Positions 52,001 to 64,000 of a stretch of DNA of 64,000 bases are shown here, piece by piece. Within the stretch, counting starts at the first letter, position 1. The number at the start of each line of letters is the position of its first letter. Both the position numbers and the translations under genes were made by a program. This DNA is from Lingula anatina (Eukaryota > Animalia > Brachiopoda), in NCBI GenBank assembly GCA_051362555.1, contig CM120642.1, positions 31,062,001-31,126,000 on the forward strand, in the 5' to 3' direction. The notes below the pieces were generated by a model. It was given only the letters and a program-made list of their open reading frames with translations. It did not search any database and was not told the origin of the DNA.

Positions 52001-55000
52001 ACTAGAAACTCCCCTGCATCATCAACACAACATATTTGTGCTGGTTCTAATAATCTCTGACCAAATGTACAATATCTTGTTTCTTTAAACTCAAGTTAAA
52101 TAACATTTTTGAAGCGGCAACAGAAAGCGCATAACAAGTAGGGGCGCGAGGGCCCTCGAAACGAAATCACAATAGAAGAATTCAGAGCACAAAAAAATAA
52201 AATAAAATAAAAAATCAGATAATCACAAAAAAAGCTATGAGGTCTTACTAACACCAGTAGCTGGCAGAAAGTCTTCCTCGAACCGAGGGGACACCAACAG
52301 TTGATACACAAACAATTTTTCGGTCTATCGTATGGGTCTATTTAAGCAAGAGAGTAGATAATTCCTTCCTTTATTTAAACAAGATCGTACGTTATCAAGG
52401 TGGAAAAGAATAACGGAAATGTTTATCAGCCCGCGTCACACTTATGTTGGGCAAAGACAAGATTCCGACAATGTTCTGAAGTCCAGGGAGTCAAAATAGG
52501 AACATCAGAAATATACGAGCTTTTAACTCTTTATCATAGCACCTTAATCTTTTCAGGTGCTGTACATTAAAATTAGTTTGCGTGCATGAAGGTGGAAGAA
52601 TGTTATGCCAGCTTTGAATTTATGAAACTTTGCTTCTATCTATTGCGCTATCCAAATAAAACGCTTGATGCATTTTATTTCGTGACAAAGAGGCGCAAGG
52701 ATAATATGACATAAAATAAGTTTCGTGGATGTGCTCGCTTTTTGCCTACGACTGGCTTATCATTCTAAGCATTATTTAAGGCATTTGTATTGCAGAATAA
52801 ACGTTCAATTTGTCCGTACCATCTCGAAAGACCATATTTGTGAATGCCCAACGTCAGAATAACTCACACACGTCTGTTATAATAGCTACACGGCATACGT
52901 ACAAATTGGTAAAACTTAATAATTAGATAGGCCTATATGCAGTTCGCCGTAATAACCTTAAAGTTGGAGTATACGTTAATGTTTTGTTCAGACATACACA
53001 TATAGGAGCTTTGTTTGTCTCATTACGTGATATTTCCATTCATGCCAAGGACCTATAAAACGAGACACTATCTCTTGAAGGTTGCATGCGGTAACAAATA
53101 TAGAAAATGCACTTCTAATAGAAGTTTTCCCAGACTGTAATTATTATTGCGAAATTATTCCGTTTCGAATAAAAGGTCAGTATTTGTGTGTCACTGTTAA
53201 GTGGCACATCCTTTAATTTAGCATTGGGTGTCAGGGAACAGTTAATGTTATATATGGTGTTAAGGGAGAAAACTCTTTCCACACGCGAGGCACGCGCCGC
53301 CCCGGCTTATCCTGTGCCGTGGCGTTATGCAAATTAAGATGCCAAACTCAAAGGAGGGCTTTGTTTGAAGGCTGCTGAGTTATGCACGACGCTAACTTGC
53401 CTATTTAGCTGGGCTTCCTGGTGGCAAGTACCTGCGGCTCCTTTGTTGTCAAAACAGACAGGTTGAAATGGCATTTGTACTCTGGACTGACAACAGCAAG
53501 ACGGGATGCTTTATCCTGCATTGGGCTCGTGATCCATCGTCTGCCATGATGTAATGTCAGTCACCTCTATCTCCTTTATCTTGTCTTGAAAGTTGTTATT
53601 TGTTAGCTGTTGTGGATTGACAGTGACTTCAGAATACGTGACCAAACTTCTTCTTCTTTGAGACAACTGGTGTGAATAAATTAACAATAAATAAATGGCC
53701 CCAGACAAATTTTTTAAGTCGTTAATTCAAGGAGTTTTCCGGGAAGTTTACAAATCTTGCCACTCAGATGTGTCAAGGAGAAAGGATTAGTCTATTTATA
53801 AGAACAACAGCGACAAACTTGTTGAACGCCTGACGTATTTCTGCAGCTAAAATACCTTAGTTTAAAAATAAGCCTCTGTTAATCCCCATCAACACGACAT
53901 TTTAAGCATTATACAAGTTTTCCCTGGCGACCTTTCATGACTTTCTCGGGTTCTTACTGAAACCTATGTAAGTTATAGATCTTAGTAGCCCAAATAGACA
54001 AAGGTTTAGAAATAAAGAACTTTCTACGCGGTAACAGTAGCTTGTTCTCCGTGTACTCATTATGGATGTGAAATCTTTGTTACATTATTATTGGAGTTAT
54101 ATTACCATTTAATTGAGAAAATAGGATTCAAAAACACAATGTTTAAGCATTTATTCAAAAAGTTGACACAGCAATTTCACTTCCAGCAGTAGTGCTTTAT
54201 TTCGAGGACTTAAAACAAACTTAAAACAAAAATAACAGTACCTGTAATATGTATATATGCAGAACCTAGTAAATGTCTCACTAAGGTAGCATCACTGCAG
54301 TGTGAAGCATATAGTTTCAGAATTCTTGGATATATAATTTCTTAATTTGAAGCTCTGCACAGGTTTATATCAACTTTCTGCTCTGTCCATCCGTGTTACC
54401 ATCATACATATCAGATATCACCCGCTGCCTGGAGCCCCAGGCAAATTAAAACAAAAAAAAAAACTGATATTTTTAATAAAACAACCTTCACAATTAAAAA
54501 CACCTTACAAGTAAAACACTGCCACAATGTATAGCTGAATCTAAGCTGCTTAATTCACGAGTTCCGATTTAACATTAATCCTAATCAGTTATCTTATATG
54601 AACTAACAGTTAGAGGCCAACTGAGAATAGCTCAGTTCCTGGTCTGGTTTCTATACAGGTTTAACTTGAAACAATGGAACATCAACCTAGTGTGACAAAA
54701 TCACTTCCGTTATGTTTATTAATAATTTCAGGCATTTCCTCTCTACTCGCTATTGAAAGCAAATGATCTACATTGCAACAATTAAAAGAAAATGATACTC
54801 CTGTTCAACACTTACACATTTCTCAATCTCAGGAAATGAATTTGCTATTTGTGAGAAATTAACTTCAAACTGGGACTACCTGGACACACATGAAACCATG
54901 TTATATGATAAAAATTAAAGAATTATGAACTATTGTACACTGCAGAAAAATACGTATACAGAGCAGAAAGATTTCAAAAACAATTTCATACAAATACACA

Positions 55001-56413
55001 GATCTACCAAACTTTGAAAGTTTTATTGGACTTTGAAAAACACACACTATAGACCAAGATGGCAAGATTGTATCTATGATTCTACAAATTCAGTCCTCGG
55101 TGTACTTTTACATAAAAACCACTGTAAAAGTGTTCTGTATATAATTTTCTGATATAATACAATTTGTGCATTTTGTTTTTGTTTTTAAAACATTTACATA
55201 GTTACTGATTATTATATAGATTATTCACACTATATACAAAATTGAGATCACACCATTTATAAGAGGCTTAGAGCACTACTATGAAGAATGATGTCACAAT
55301 GAACCTATACCATAGGCAGGGGACATTTATATATATATATATATCACCTATGCCTAATGAAAGGCACGGGCTTTAATTTGCAGTAAGTAACTATCTCTGA
55401 GCTTATGGTACCACATAAATTTGCTATCCTGTACTAAATATCACTGTAAGTTTTATTACATCAAAGAAAATATCAGATACCTTCCGGGGAAAACAAATAC
55501 CTTTCAGGTAAACATGTTCAGATTGGAACAATTTTTGGTTTTAAATTGAATGCAGTCCACAGTGAAGTTACAGCACCAAAATCCCATCTGCATGCTAGGT
55601 CTGTAAACTTTCCTAACCCTGTTTCAAATATCTCATTTTTCTTTTTTTCGCTCTTCTTATAACTGAGCTTGTGCTTTCCTTGAACACAGCACATACATTG
55701 TATAAACAACACCACGAAAACTGCCATTTTCTGCTCATCACATATTGCTATGTATATTTACATAAGGAAGAATGAGTTTATGGCACAGTTTGGATATTCA
55801 TGTGAAGTATCAAGTGTGGACATACGTAGAGGAAATGACATTTTTCAACAGGACTGGACATCAGTCATTCAACTGGTGAGCAGCCACCATCTGAAAGAGA
55901 CTATCATGGTCCTTTTCAGACATCTCCACATGGCAGATGCACCAAAGATGACAGGTCATTTTCCCTAGCCATTACTTTGCATGTTGTGTCATATCTATTA
56001 TTTTCCCCCTTTTTAAGGTGACATACACCAAGCTCTGTTTTTCTCATGTGCAGGGGGGCTGTCAACTTCTGGTTCAGCCTGGCCCTGCCTCTTCACATCC
56101 ACTTCTAGTTTTTAAAACATACTGACGAGTTCTGTGGATATCTATCCTGGAGGTCAACCAGGAGGTCACCCACAATGACCAGGTCACCTGGAGGTCACCA
56201 GTGTCCTATTTTAACACCTTCACATCATCCATTTCTCTTTTCTCTTAAGTCTGCGCCAAACACCATGTCTTAGTTTGCCACCACATCGTTTTCAACTGCT
56301 TTTATTCCTTCCATGTTTGACTCCCTCCCCATTTTCCCATTCAAAAAGATACTATATTATCAACATATGTACAGAGTGCTGCCATTAACAGAAGCTTTGT
56401 GTTCCCAGAATTC

Positions 56414-58577
56414 CTAGGAAGGACTGCAGTCAATCTCGATAATGTCTTTGGGGACTTCAGCAAACTGATATACGAGTCTCTGTCCATCTACCTTGTTGAG
56501 AATACCTCGAGCATAGTAGTACCTGGAAAATAAGAACAAATGACATTGAGGAGAGATGAAACTATGGTAAAGTACAATCCTATTTTTATATTCTCTGAAA
56601 ATCAATTTGAGCGATGTTTCAAGCTTGTGTTGTATTAAGTATTGTATCATTACTACACCAAAAAATGGCAAACAATCCCCGGGACTTAGTTTCCCAGACA
56701 ACTAATAAGTCTGTGAGTAAAAAGCATCCTGAACCACGATAAGCCGACTGGTGACATTCACCAAAACATAATGGCTACATTCAGCAGACATGCAACATTT
56801 ACCACAACCTGTTTTCTTTTTTGAAATACCAGACAGTGACGAATCCACTTCTATAATTAAGCCTGCATCCCTTATGAAGTGAGGATATTTTAAAGGACAG
56901 TCAACCAATTCTCTAGTGTTGTTGCCACGGTGACGACTTATCTATTTACGTCAATACCTGGTTAGAAACACGATCACAGCTTATCTACCAGTCTTATTCC
57001 ACTAGGAACCAACTTGTCTAATTATTTTGACAGAAAAAAATGTTGGCAGACTTCTCTGCACTTGGTAACATGACATTCCTTACTTGTGCCCTACCCAAAA
57101 ATTCTTTTTTAAGTGCAAAACAATAAATAAATAAGAGAACGCACAACGGCTAAATTTAAACTGGAAATAGACAACATGTAATCTAAATGGCAAGCCATTA
57201 ATTCTGACTTTAAAAAATCTGTTCTATAATTTTCAAATATGGACTGGTTACTGTCTGTTTCACACATTACATAAGGTGTACTGCTTAGAACCCATCAGTG
57301 ACAGACACTAATATGACACCGTTTCACCTCTGAAGGAACCCAATAACTCTGGTAAACAGTACCCACTGAGGCAGCAGATGCATCTGATGTTACATTATGA
57401 CAATTTTTTTCCCTACAAGGGTTTGGTTGCCACACAACTGAAAATGAAAATGTAACCATGTCCTAGTGCCTTACACAGAGTATCTCAATATATTTTTTAA
57501 ATGACCATTTTTTTATCTGTTTATGTGCATGCATGTGTGTGTGCGTGTATGCACGTGCATCTGTGTGCCCACACATGAAATCATACAGACCACACACACT
57601 ACCTCTGACCTCTCATCACCGTTCACAGCCTTCCTCTTCCCCATCTAGAGAAATGTCCATGACCCACTCACCGTAAAGCTCGCCCCATTGTTTCATAGTT
57701 CATATCTGGTTTATTCTTGTGGATCCCCCATAGTTTGGACACTGCCTTAGAGTCCACCAGTTTAAAGATCCCCTTTTCTCTGCTGGTCCATTTGATATAC
57801 CGCGGACACGTCTCTTTGTTTTGTAGCAGTTGTAATAAGAACTCCCAAAGGTATGTTGTGTTACCTGAAAAGATGGGACCAGATACGATTCATGTAGCTC
57901 CAAATCATATAACACCATGCTCATGTGTAATAAATTTATTAATAACTCAATTTAATCAATACAAATATTTTTCCATCTACAAAAACAAAACCTAAGGCAA
58001 AACATTTTGTTTACATTGTAGACTAAGCGTACATGATCCAAGTCATCCTCCACATCGTTATTCAAGTTTGAGGCTTTTCTAAGATATCTCAATGCATGAT
58101 TAGTTTTCATTTTTCAAATGGTCATGAAACTTCGCAAGTGCTGCTTTGAAAAATCAACACCAGCTGGAGGCAAGTCTTGTGCACACCTCACTTTTTATTT
58201 CCAAGCACATAATAGGTGACATGTGTTTGGGGAACTTTTAAGGTCCCATTTCTAATGAAACTAATGTTCTACATAGATCAATCCAACTCCCCAGGGACTC
58301 TTGCTGAGTGCAATCAGATTTAAAGCCTCCTATTGTATTCTGCTCTTTGCCGAAAGGAGGTGTGTTAAACTGTTGACCTGATTGCATTCAGCGAGAGACT
58401 CCACAGAGTTGGATCGATCCAAGTAGAATGATAGTTTTATTGGGAATGAGCCCTTAATGTCTCCAGTATGTATTTGCTGGTATACAGGTGAAAAGCCTGC
58501 TTATGTCACACCATACTTACCATCCCTTTTCCTCTTCTGTGGAATGGGGGAAGACTCCAGACTTTTTGTTTTACGCC
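56414..58577 (-). CDS. ETS transcription factor of the ELF1/2/4-E74 subfamily, last three coding exons; N-terminal exons not identified
   Basis: Exons 58577-58521, 57864-57672 and 56522-56414 give [118 protein letters not shown]. Confidence 0.95.
58242..58453. mobile_element. 212-bp MITE with long imperfect TIRs (PIF/Harbinger-like)
   Basis: Arms of about 75 bp pair imperfectly (GGTCCCATTTCTAATGAAACTA...CAATCAG versus CTGATTGC...TAGTTTTATTGGGAATGAGCCC), in a TAA/TTA context. Confidence 0.85.
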
Positions 58578-61445
58578 CTGAAAAAGAGACGCACATCTTT
58601 TAAATTGATCTACAGCAAAAATTAAATAAAATCATTCATCTGTCAATGGTAAGTTTGTTGAAATACAAACTGTTATCATTCACGAAGTTTACAAATAAAT
58701 ACATAAACAAACGTTATTTTAAAACACTCTACTCTACAATTAACCATCTCCCAACAAGAAGTCCATAAAATAAGAGACTATTTCAACAATGGACTGACAA
58801 CAGACTTTGTACGAGGAATTATGGCAAAGAATACTTAACTTTATGTTGTATCATGTACCACATATCTTTAATCAATGACCTATAAATGTAGTTCAGCTTT
58901 GTATTATGACACAAAAAATGGACATTAACTTCTAAAAACATCCAAGTGAAACCACTGGAGATGTGACAACCCCTGGATGTCAGGTGTCACACAGTGTCCA
59001 CAGGTAACACCTCCCCTGGTATCTATGTGTACAAGTCACAGCTAGGACAGGGGGGCAGGGGACAGAGGCACCACTTCAACACTAACATAGTCTAGATTCC
59101 TGTGATGTGACATGAAGGGGGACCCAGGCAGGGGACTGGGGACTACTGTGGTCCAGGGGTATACTGTTGCACAGTGGGAGTGAGTGTGGGTCTGGTGACT
59201 TTGTACAGAAAACGGGGAAGATTGTAGTAATGTGTATAATTGATAAGGAGAACATGTATTAACAGGATTATCAAAAGCCAGATGTTGCAAAAAATAAAGA
59301 AAGAAAGAAAGAAAAAAATAAAATAAAGTGATAAATAAATAAATAAACAAATAAAGCACATTTGTGACTTTACAATGAAATGGAACAAAAATCCAGCACT
59401 TTATATACTTTTGCAACACTCATTCTAATTTATTTTTTATTAAGTTGTGATCATTTAATTGTGCAAATATATAATTTATTTATATTAGTGTAGTTTTATT
59501 TCGATTGATCATCATGTTGTTCTGCTTCGCATTGTGTAGAGTACTGAAACACATCTCCCCAATGACTCAATATCCTTTCAGATCTGACGTCAAAGCGAAC
59601 AAAGATATTTTTTACAACTGAACCTAAGCGCCATTAACTAAATGAAACCATGCAATACAAGAGATTACAAAGCACACACACCCTGGAAAAACTAAATAGC
59701 CATCCACACCCACTAGGATCTTTAGGTTCACTATCACAGAATATTTGTTTATTTGTTGTTATGCTAAACATATTGTGAGACTTATTTATATCTGTTCCAA
59801 CCCAATAAACTATACCACTGCTGTTCATCTGTCAACATGACTTTGTGATTGATAATTGGCTTGGAGCAGATAATTTCATTGTGATTCTTAAGCCATTTCT
59901 GCTTAAAAATATTCTAGACTTGGTAACACTGACATACAGTAATTCTATCAAAGAAAAGACAGTAAAAAATTATCTGCAAACTATGCTATTAAAATAACTT
60001 TTTTATTTTGATGCCAACATAAACAATGATAAGAAAATTTCACTAAATAAATGTTATGCATATTTTAACTGTTTTTAGGGACTGCAACAGTAATATCCTT
60101 ACTATTATTGTAAGTATTAATTTGATATATATGTAGGGTCAATAATCTTCAGCCTATAGCTACCCCTCCTCCACAATATGTGTATTATTTATGAGTACTA
60201 GGTTATTTTTCTCTTAACACTGTTGTGCCAAAGCCAAATCTATGCAAATGATGCATAATTTTCCATAAAGATAAAAATCTTTAAACAAAATTATTTTGAT
60301 GAGGGAAAAGGGGGGAAATAGAATTTTAACAATAAATTAATTTTGCTTGCTTGGCATAGCTTTTTTCTTTCTTTTTTTTTTTTACATATCAACATGTTTT
60401 TATTTGCAGCACCTGTGAAATTACACTAAGATTTATTCTCATGACAGGAATATACTGGTAGCATGCAACAGACTATCTGAAAATCCTGAAAAAAACTAAG
60501 AATTCTCCTGGAAAATGCATTCACACCAGACACAAGTTAAACCATCAATATGGTAACTGAAGTCACAACATGACCTTGACTGGTTAAGATAATATTTACA
60601 ACCCTAACATGTGATGGGTTTTTATGTTGTCCTATTCCTCCTATGACATCATTAAGACAATATTTCCGGGTAAATTTAGACCTCTTGTGAATACATCTGG
60701 AGATTTCTTTAAGTACATAAAATATGTAATGGTGACTGTATAATTGATTCCAACATTTAACATTTATATATAACATGCATTTATCATTATATATATAATG
60801 GATAATAACTTGGTTAAAAAAAGTGGCAGAAAGAAAGGTCATTGACTCAACGGCAGAAAAACACAAAAATGCCATTTTTTTTGAGTCACCATATATTTAA
60901 TATCACATAGTTAAGGGGTAGGCAGCCTCTTTGAGGATATCAGCTCATCATTTTCAGATCAACTTTTTAAGAATGATTCACACAGAAAACCCCAAAATTT
61001 GTAGCTATCTTATCAAAACACTGTCTGATCATCTAAATGAAACCGTCAATAAAAACAACGACACGGCATATCGGAGACAACTCTCCTCGCTTCCGTCATT
61101 CACTAAGAGTGTCTTACATAACCTTCAGTTTGGGTATCACAGAGATGCATCTTATCTCTCTCTGTGATTCACTCGCTTGTGCCTGTAATCCCCATCATAC
61201 ACTATCTTAACAGACACGTCCACCCAGTCCGAATCATTATTGGTCAGCATACTGTGGTTTCTGGGCAGTTAGTGGTCACTGTATTGGATGTAGTGGTGGA
61301 CAGTCTGATATCTAAGTGGTCTGTATCAGGAAGATATGATGCTCAGACCCAATAAACAAGGTTTCAGAGGTCATTATAACCTGTGACTTTATGGAAAATT
61401 AACTTCATAATAAAAATGAGATGAAAGAAGTGACTTAATAAATTT

Positions 61446-61565
61446 CTAGTGACCTTTAAGTTGCAGAACCAACAAAGAAACATATAATCTATTTTTTTTA
61501 TCAGCTTGTAACTAGTGTCCTTTAAGTTGTGGAACCAACATAAAAACATATAATCAATTATTTTT
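61446..61565. repeat. Degenerate tandem duplication with about 66-bp period
   Basis: CTAGTGACCTTTAAGTTGCAGAACCAACAAAGAAACATATAATC versus CTAGTGTCCTTTAAGTTGTGGAACCAACATAAAACATATAATC. Confidence 0.85.
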
Positions 61566-61746
61566 TCCTATCCAATTCTGATGATTTTTTCAACAAAAGT
61601 CTGCCAGTTTCCAATGTTCAGAAGAGCCTGTAGATGGGCAAATTGTAACAGAGCTCAGATAGATGATAAGTCAATCAGTTTAATCAGGACAGATACCACA
61701 GTGAAAACGCTGCTTGTTTAATGAGTGTCACAGATGTATCTGCTTC

Positions 61747-61772
61747 ATTTATTTATTTATTTTTATTACTAT

Positions 61773-61819
<47 letters not shown>

Positions 61820-61822
61820 TTT
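61747..61822. repeat. (ATTT)n microsatellite
   Basis: Directly visible tetranucleotide array with one interruption. Confidence 0.95.
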
Positions 61823-64000
61823 TTTGGTGAATAGTTGTCTTATCAACTGTTTGTAACTTGAAATTAATTTCATTGTATTGTACTGCAAGATTACCATGGG
61901 TAATAACATTCTGTTCTTCACATAAAATTAGCCTATTACTGATAACCCCACCCCCTTTTTAAAAAATAAAGTATGTGCAATCTAGTAAGGGGTTACTATT
62001 TACTATCATTAAAACTTTGAGTTCTGTTGTATGGGTGAATTTACAAGGGCGGAACTGTGGTTTTCCTATCTGTAAGAACAAGATAATGACAGAATTAGGA
62101 GACATCAACATGTAATTGTTATGTTTTGAGTACCATCACAGTCTGAAAATGGGAATACCTTGCAAATTGTGTTGCCCAGTGCACAGACTTTATGCTTGAT
62201 GTGTCCCTGTAAATGACTTATGTGCCAGCGTGTGTGTGGGTGGGTGATGCTACATAAGGATGATCACATAAAACAGATAGTATACTACACAAGAGATAAC
62301 ACTGTCACAACTGTGTGTGTGTACGAACAGGTGTTTGTATGTGCGTGTGTGGTCATTTACTGGCATGGAAGATCCTGAGTTGTGTTCACATCTGATCTAA
62401 CTTAGGTCCTTTTTCACATTTAGAATATTACAGTGCTTTTAGCTGGACCAACTTATAGAAACTGAGCAGTCTAGACCAAATAACAGAGCTTCAGCATTAG
62501 GCAAAGCAAATTAACTAAAAAGCAGGTAGCAAACTTGTGAAGTACTTGCAAAAAAGGGAGTAAAGCATCTCAAAGTGGATTGGTAAAGTTAAAAGTACAG
62601 CATGATTTGAAAACTTGGGCCTTAATTGGAGCTAAAATGGCCAAACTGTAGTCTTTGCATTGTTTAAATTACCCAAGAAATCCCGCATGATGTAATCTGG
62701 TCATTTAAGGACGGCTTTTAATCTACCTCCAGTCTAAGTTGACCCTGCTGTCAACAGAGCTTCCTCTTACTTAATGTGATATATGGGACTTGCTTTGAGT
62801 TTTAATCTGAACCGTTTCCGTCTTAATACAAGAAAGCAGTCTGTGCCACTGATCCCAAGGTTGCGTAGGTTTTGGCAAGAATGTTTGCACAAGTACAACA
62901 TTCCTTTTCAAATCATAAAAAAAGTTATCCAACCCTCCTTTATCCTTTTTCTTCTATTTTCAAATTTCTAGACACTAACTGTTTCTAAGAATGATAGAAA
63001 AGAATTCATCTATCTTCTTTATTTCTTCTTCTTCATCCGAGTGAGAGAGAAAGGGTAGGGTAAGGCATTTCACTTGTCTCACTTGTCACCAGATTAATAA
63101 CAATAACAATGGTGTCATCTTTTGACATTTCTGATTTTCAAAATATCACGTCTTCTCTAAACAATAAGTCCCTGGAGTGACTACAAACGGTTTTAGCCAT
63201 CATCACTTTAGGCGTGGTCTTCACTAGAACATCATATAATATCTACCCTGGCTATGACTGCTACGATGACTCAAATTGGAACATGGCTTGCTGGCTGCAC
63301 ATGGAGCTCAGGTTTCAATAACACATAAAAAGCCTTTTTTTTTTTTTTATAAACGAGGAAATATGAAGCAGGAAGAGAATGTGAGACGGGTAAAGAATTT
63401 GGCTTTGCTGCACTTAACATGACACGTTTTACGTCATAATTCTGCTGAGAATGTGATTGAAATGGAATGTAAAGCCCTTTACTTTTCACATCATGCAGTA
63501 TACTCTTCATTATGAGAGATTGCTAACTGAATAACCCAGTTCTTACTCATTTAAAGAGACCCCAACCAACCCCCCCCCCCCCCAACCCGATGTAGCCACT
63601 TGACCAGATTAATTTTGATTGACCCAAACAATTTGAAAGGAACTGTGAAATGGGTGCACCCCCCCCCAAAAAAAAAAATAATAATGATAATAAATAAATA
63701 AATAAAAATAAAAAAAAAACATTGTTACATGTTTTGACTAGTCAAAATGGTGTAAAACAGAAAAGTATATCCCACAATGTGAAAAAGGCCTAAGGTTCCT
63801 TAACTTAACTCACATGACTAGCTTGGCCTCAAACAACTTACCAGTTTATGAATTATTGTGGAATTTGTATAATTTGTCATAATAATGTCCCCTCACGTAC
63901 TAGTACGACATTATCTGATATCTGGCATCTGGACACAGAAAGAATTGAGGAAGTTGGCAATCTTTCTAATATAGTTTGTCCGGGTCTACTATTACTAATG

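Noticed and set aside
59042-59419. 125-aa minus-strand ORF as an ELF exon
   Set aside because: The N-terminal half is low-complexity T-rich sequence, and I found no phase-compatible splice pair or ELF-like residues.

Overview
Eukaryotic (animal, most likely invertebrate) genomic DNA: AT-rich, GT-AG introns, microsatellites and many TIR transposons; the species cannot be determined from the sequence. Gene order after manual splicing: MMAA (-, 3' part runs off the left edge) head-to-head with ADCK2 (+, 11 coding exons, 3.3-kb TIR transposon in one intron); Rab9 (-); then a CpG-rich accessory island with a small secreted two-repeat cysteine-rich protein absent from the ORF track (+), an NXPE/PC-esterase-type SGNH protein (-) and an intronless HxxxDG alcohol-acetyltransferase/condensation-fold gene with a 1-nt frameshift (+); then Nocturnin (-) head-to-head with SUGT1 (+, nested Harbinger elements in the last intron); and the 3' exons of an ELF/E74 ETS factor (-). 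Most notable: the unrecognised 117-aa disulfide-rich protein, a cassette exon that could switch Nocturnin between mitochondrial and cytosolic forms, the frameshifted acyltransferase, and possible ancient NOCT-SUGT1-ELF microsynteny. All exon models were read by eye and need RNA-seq confirmation.
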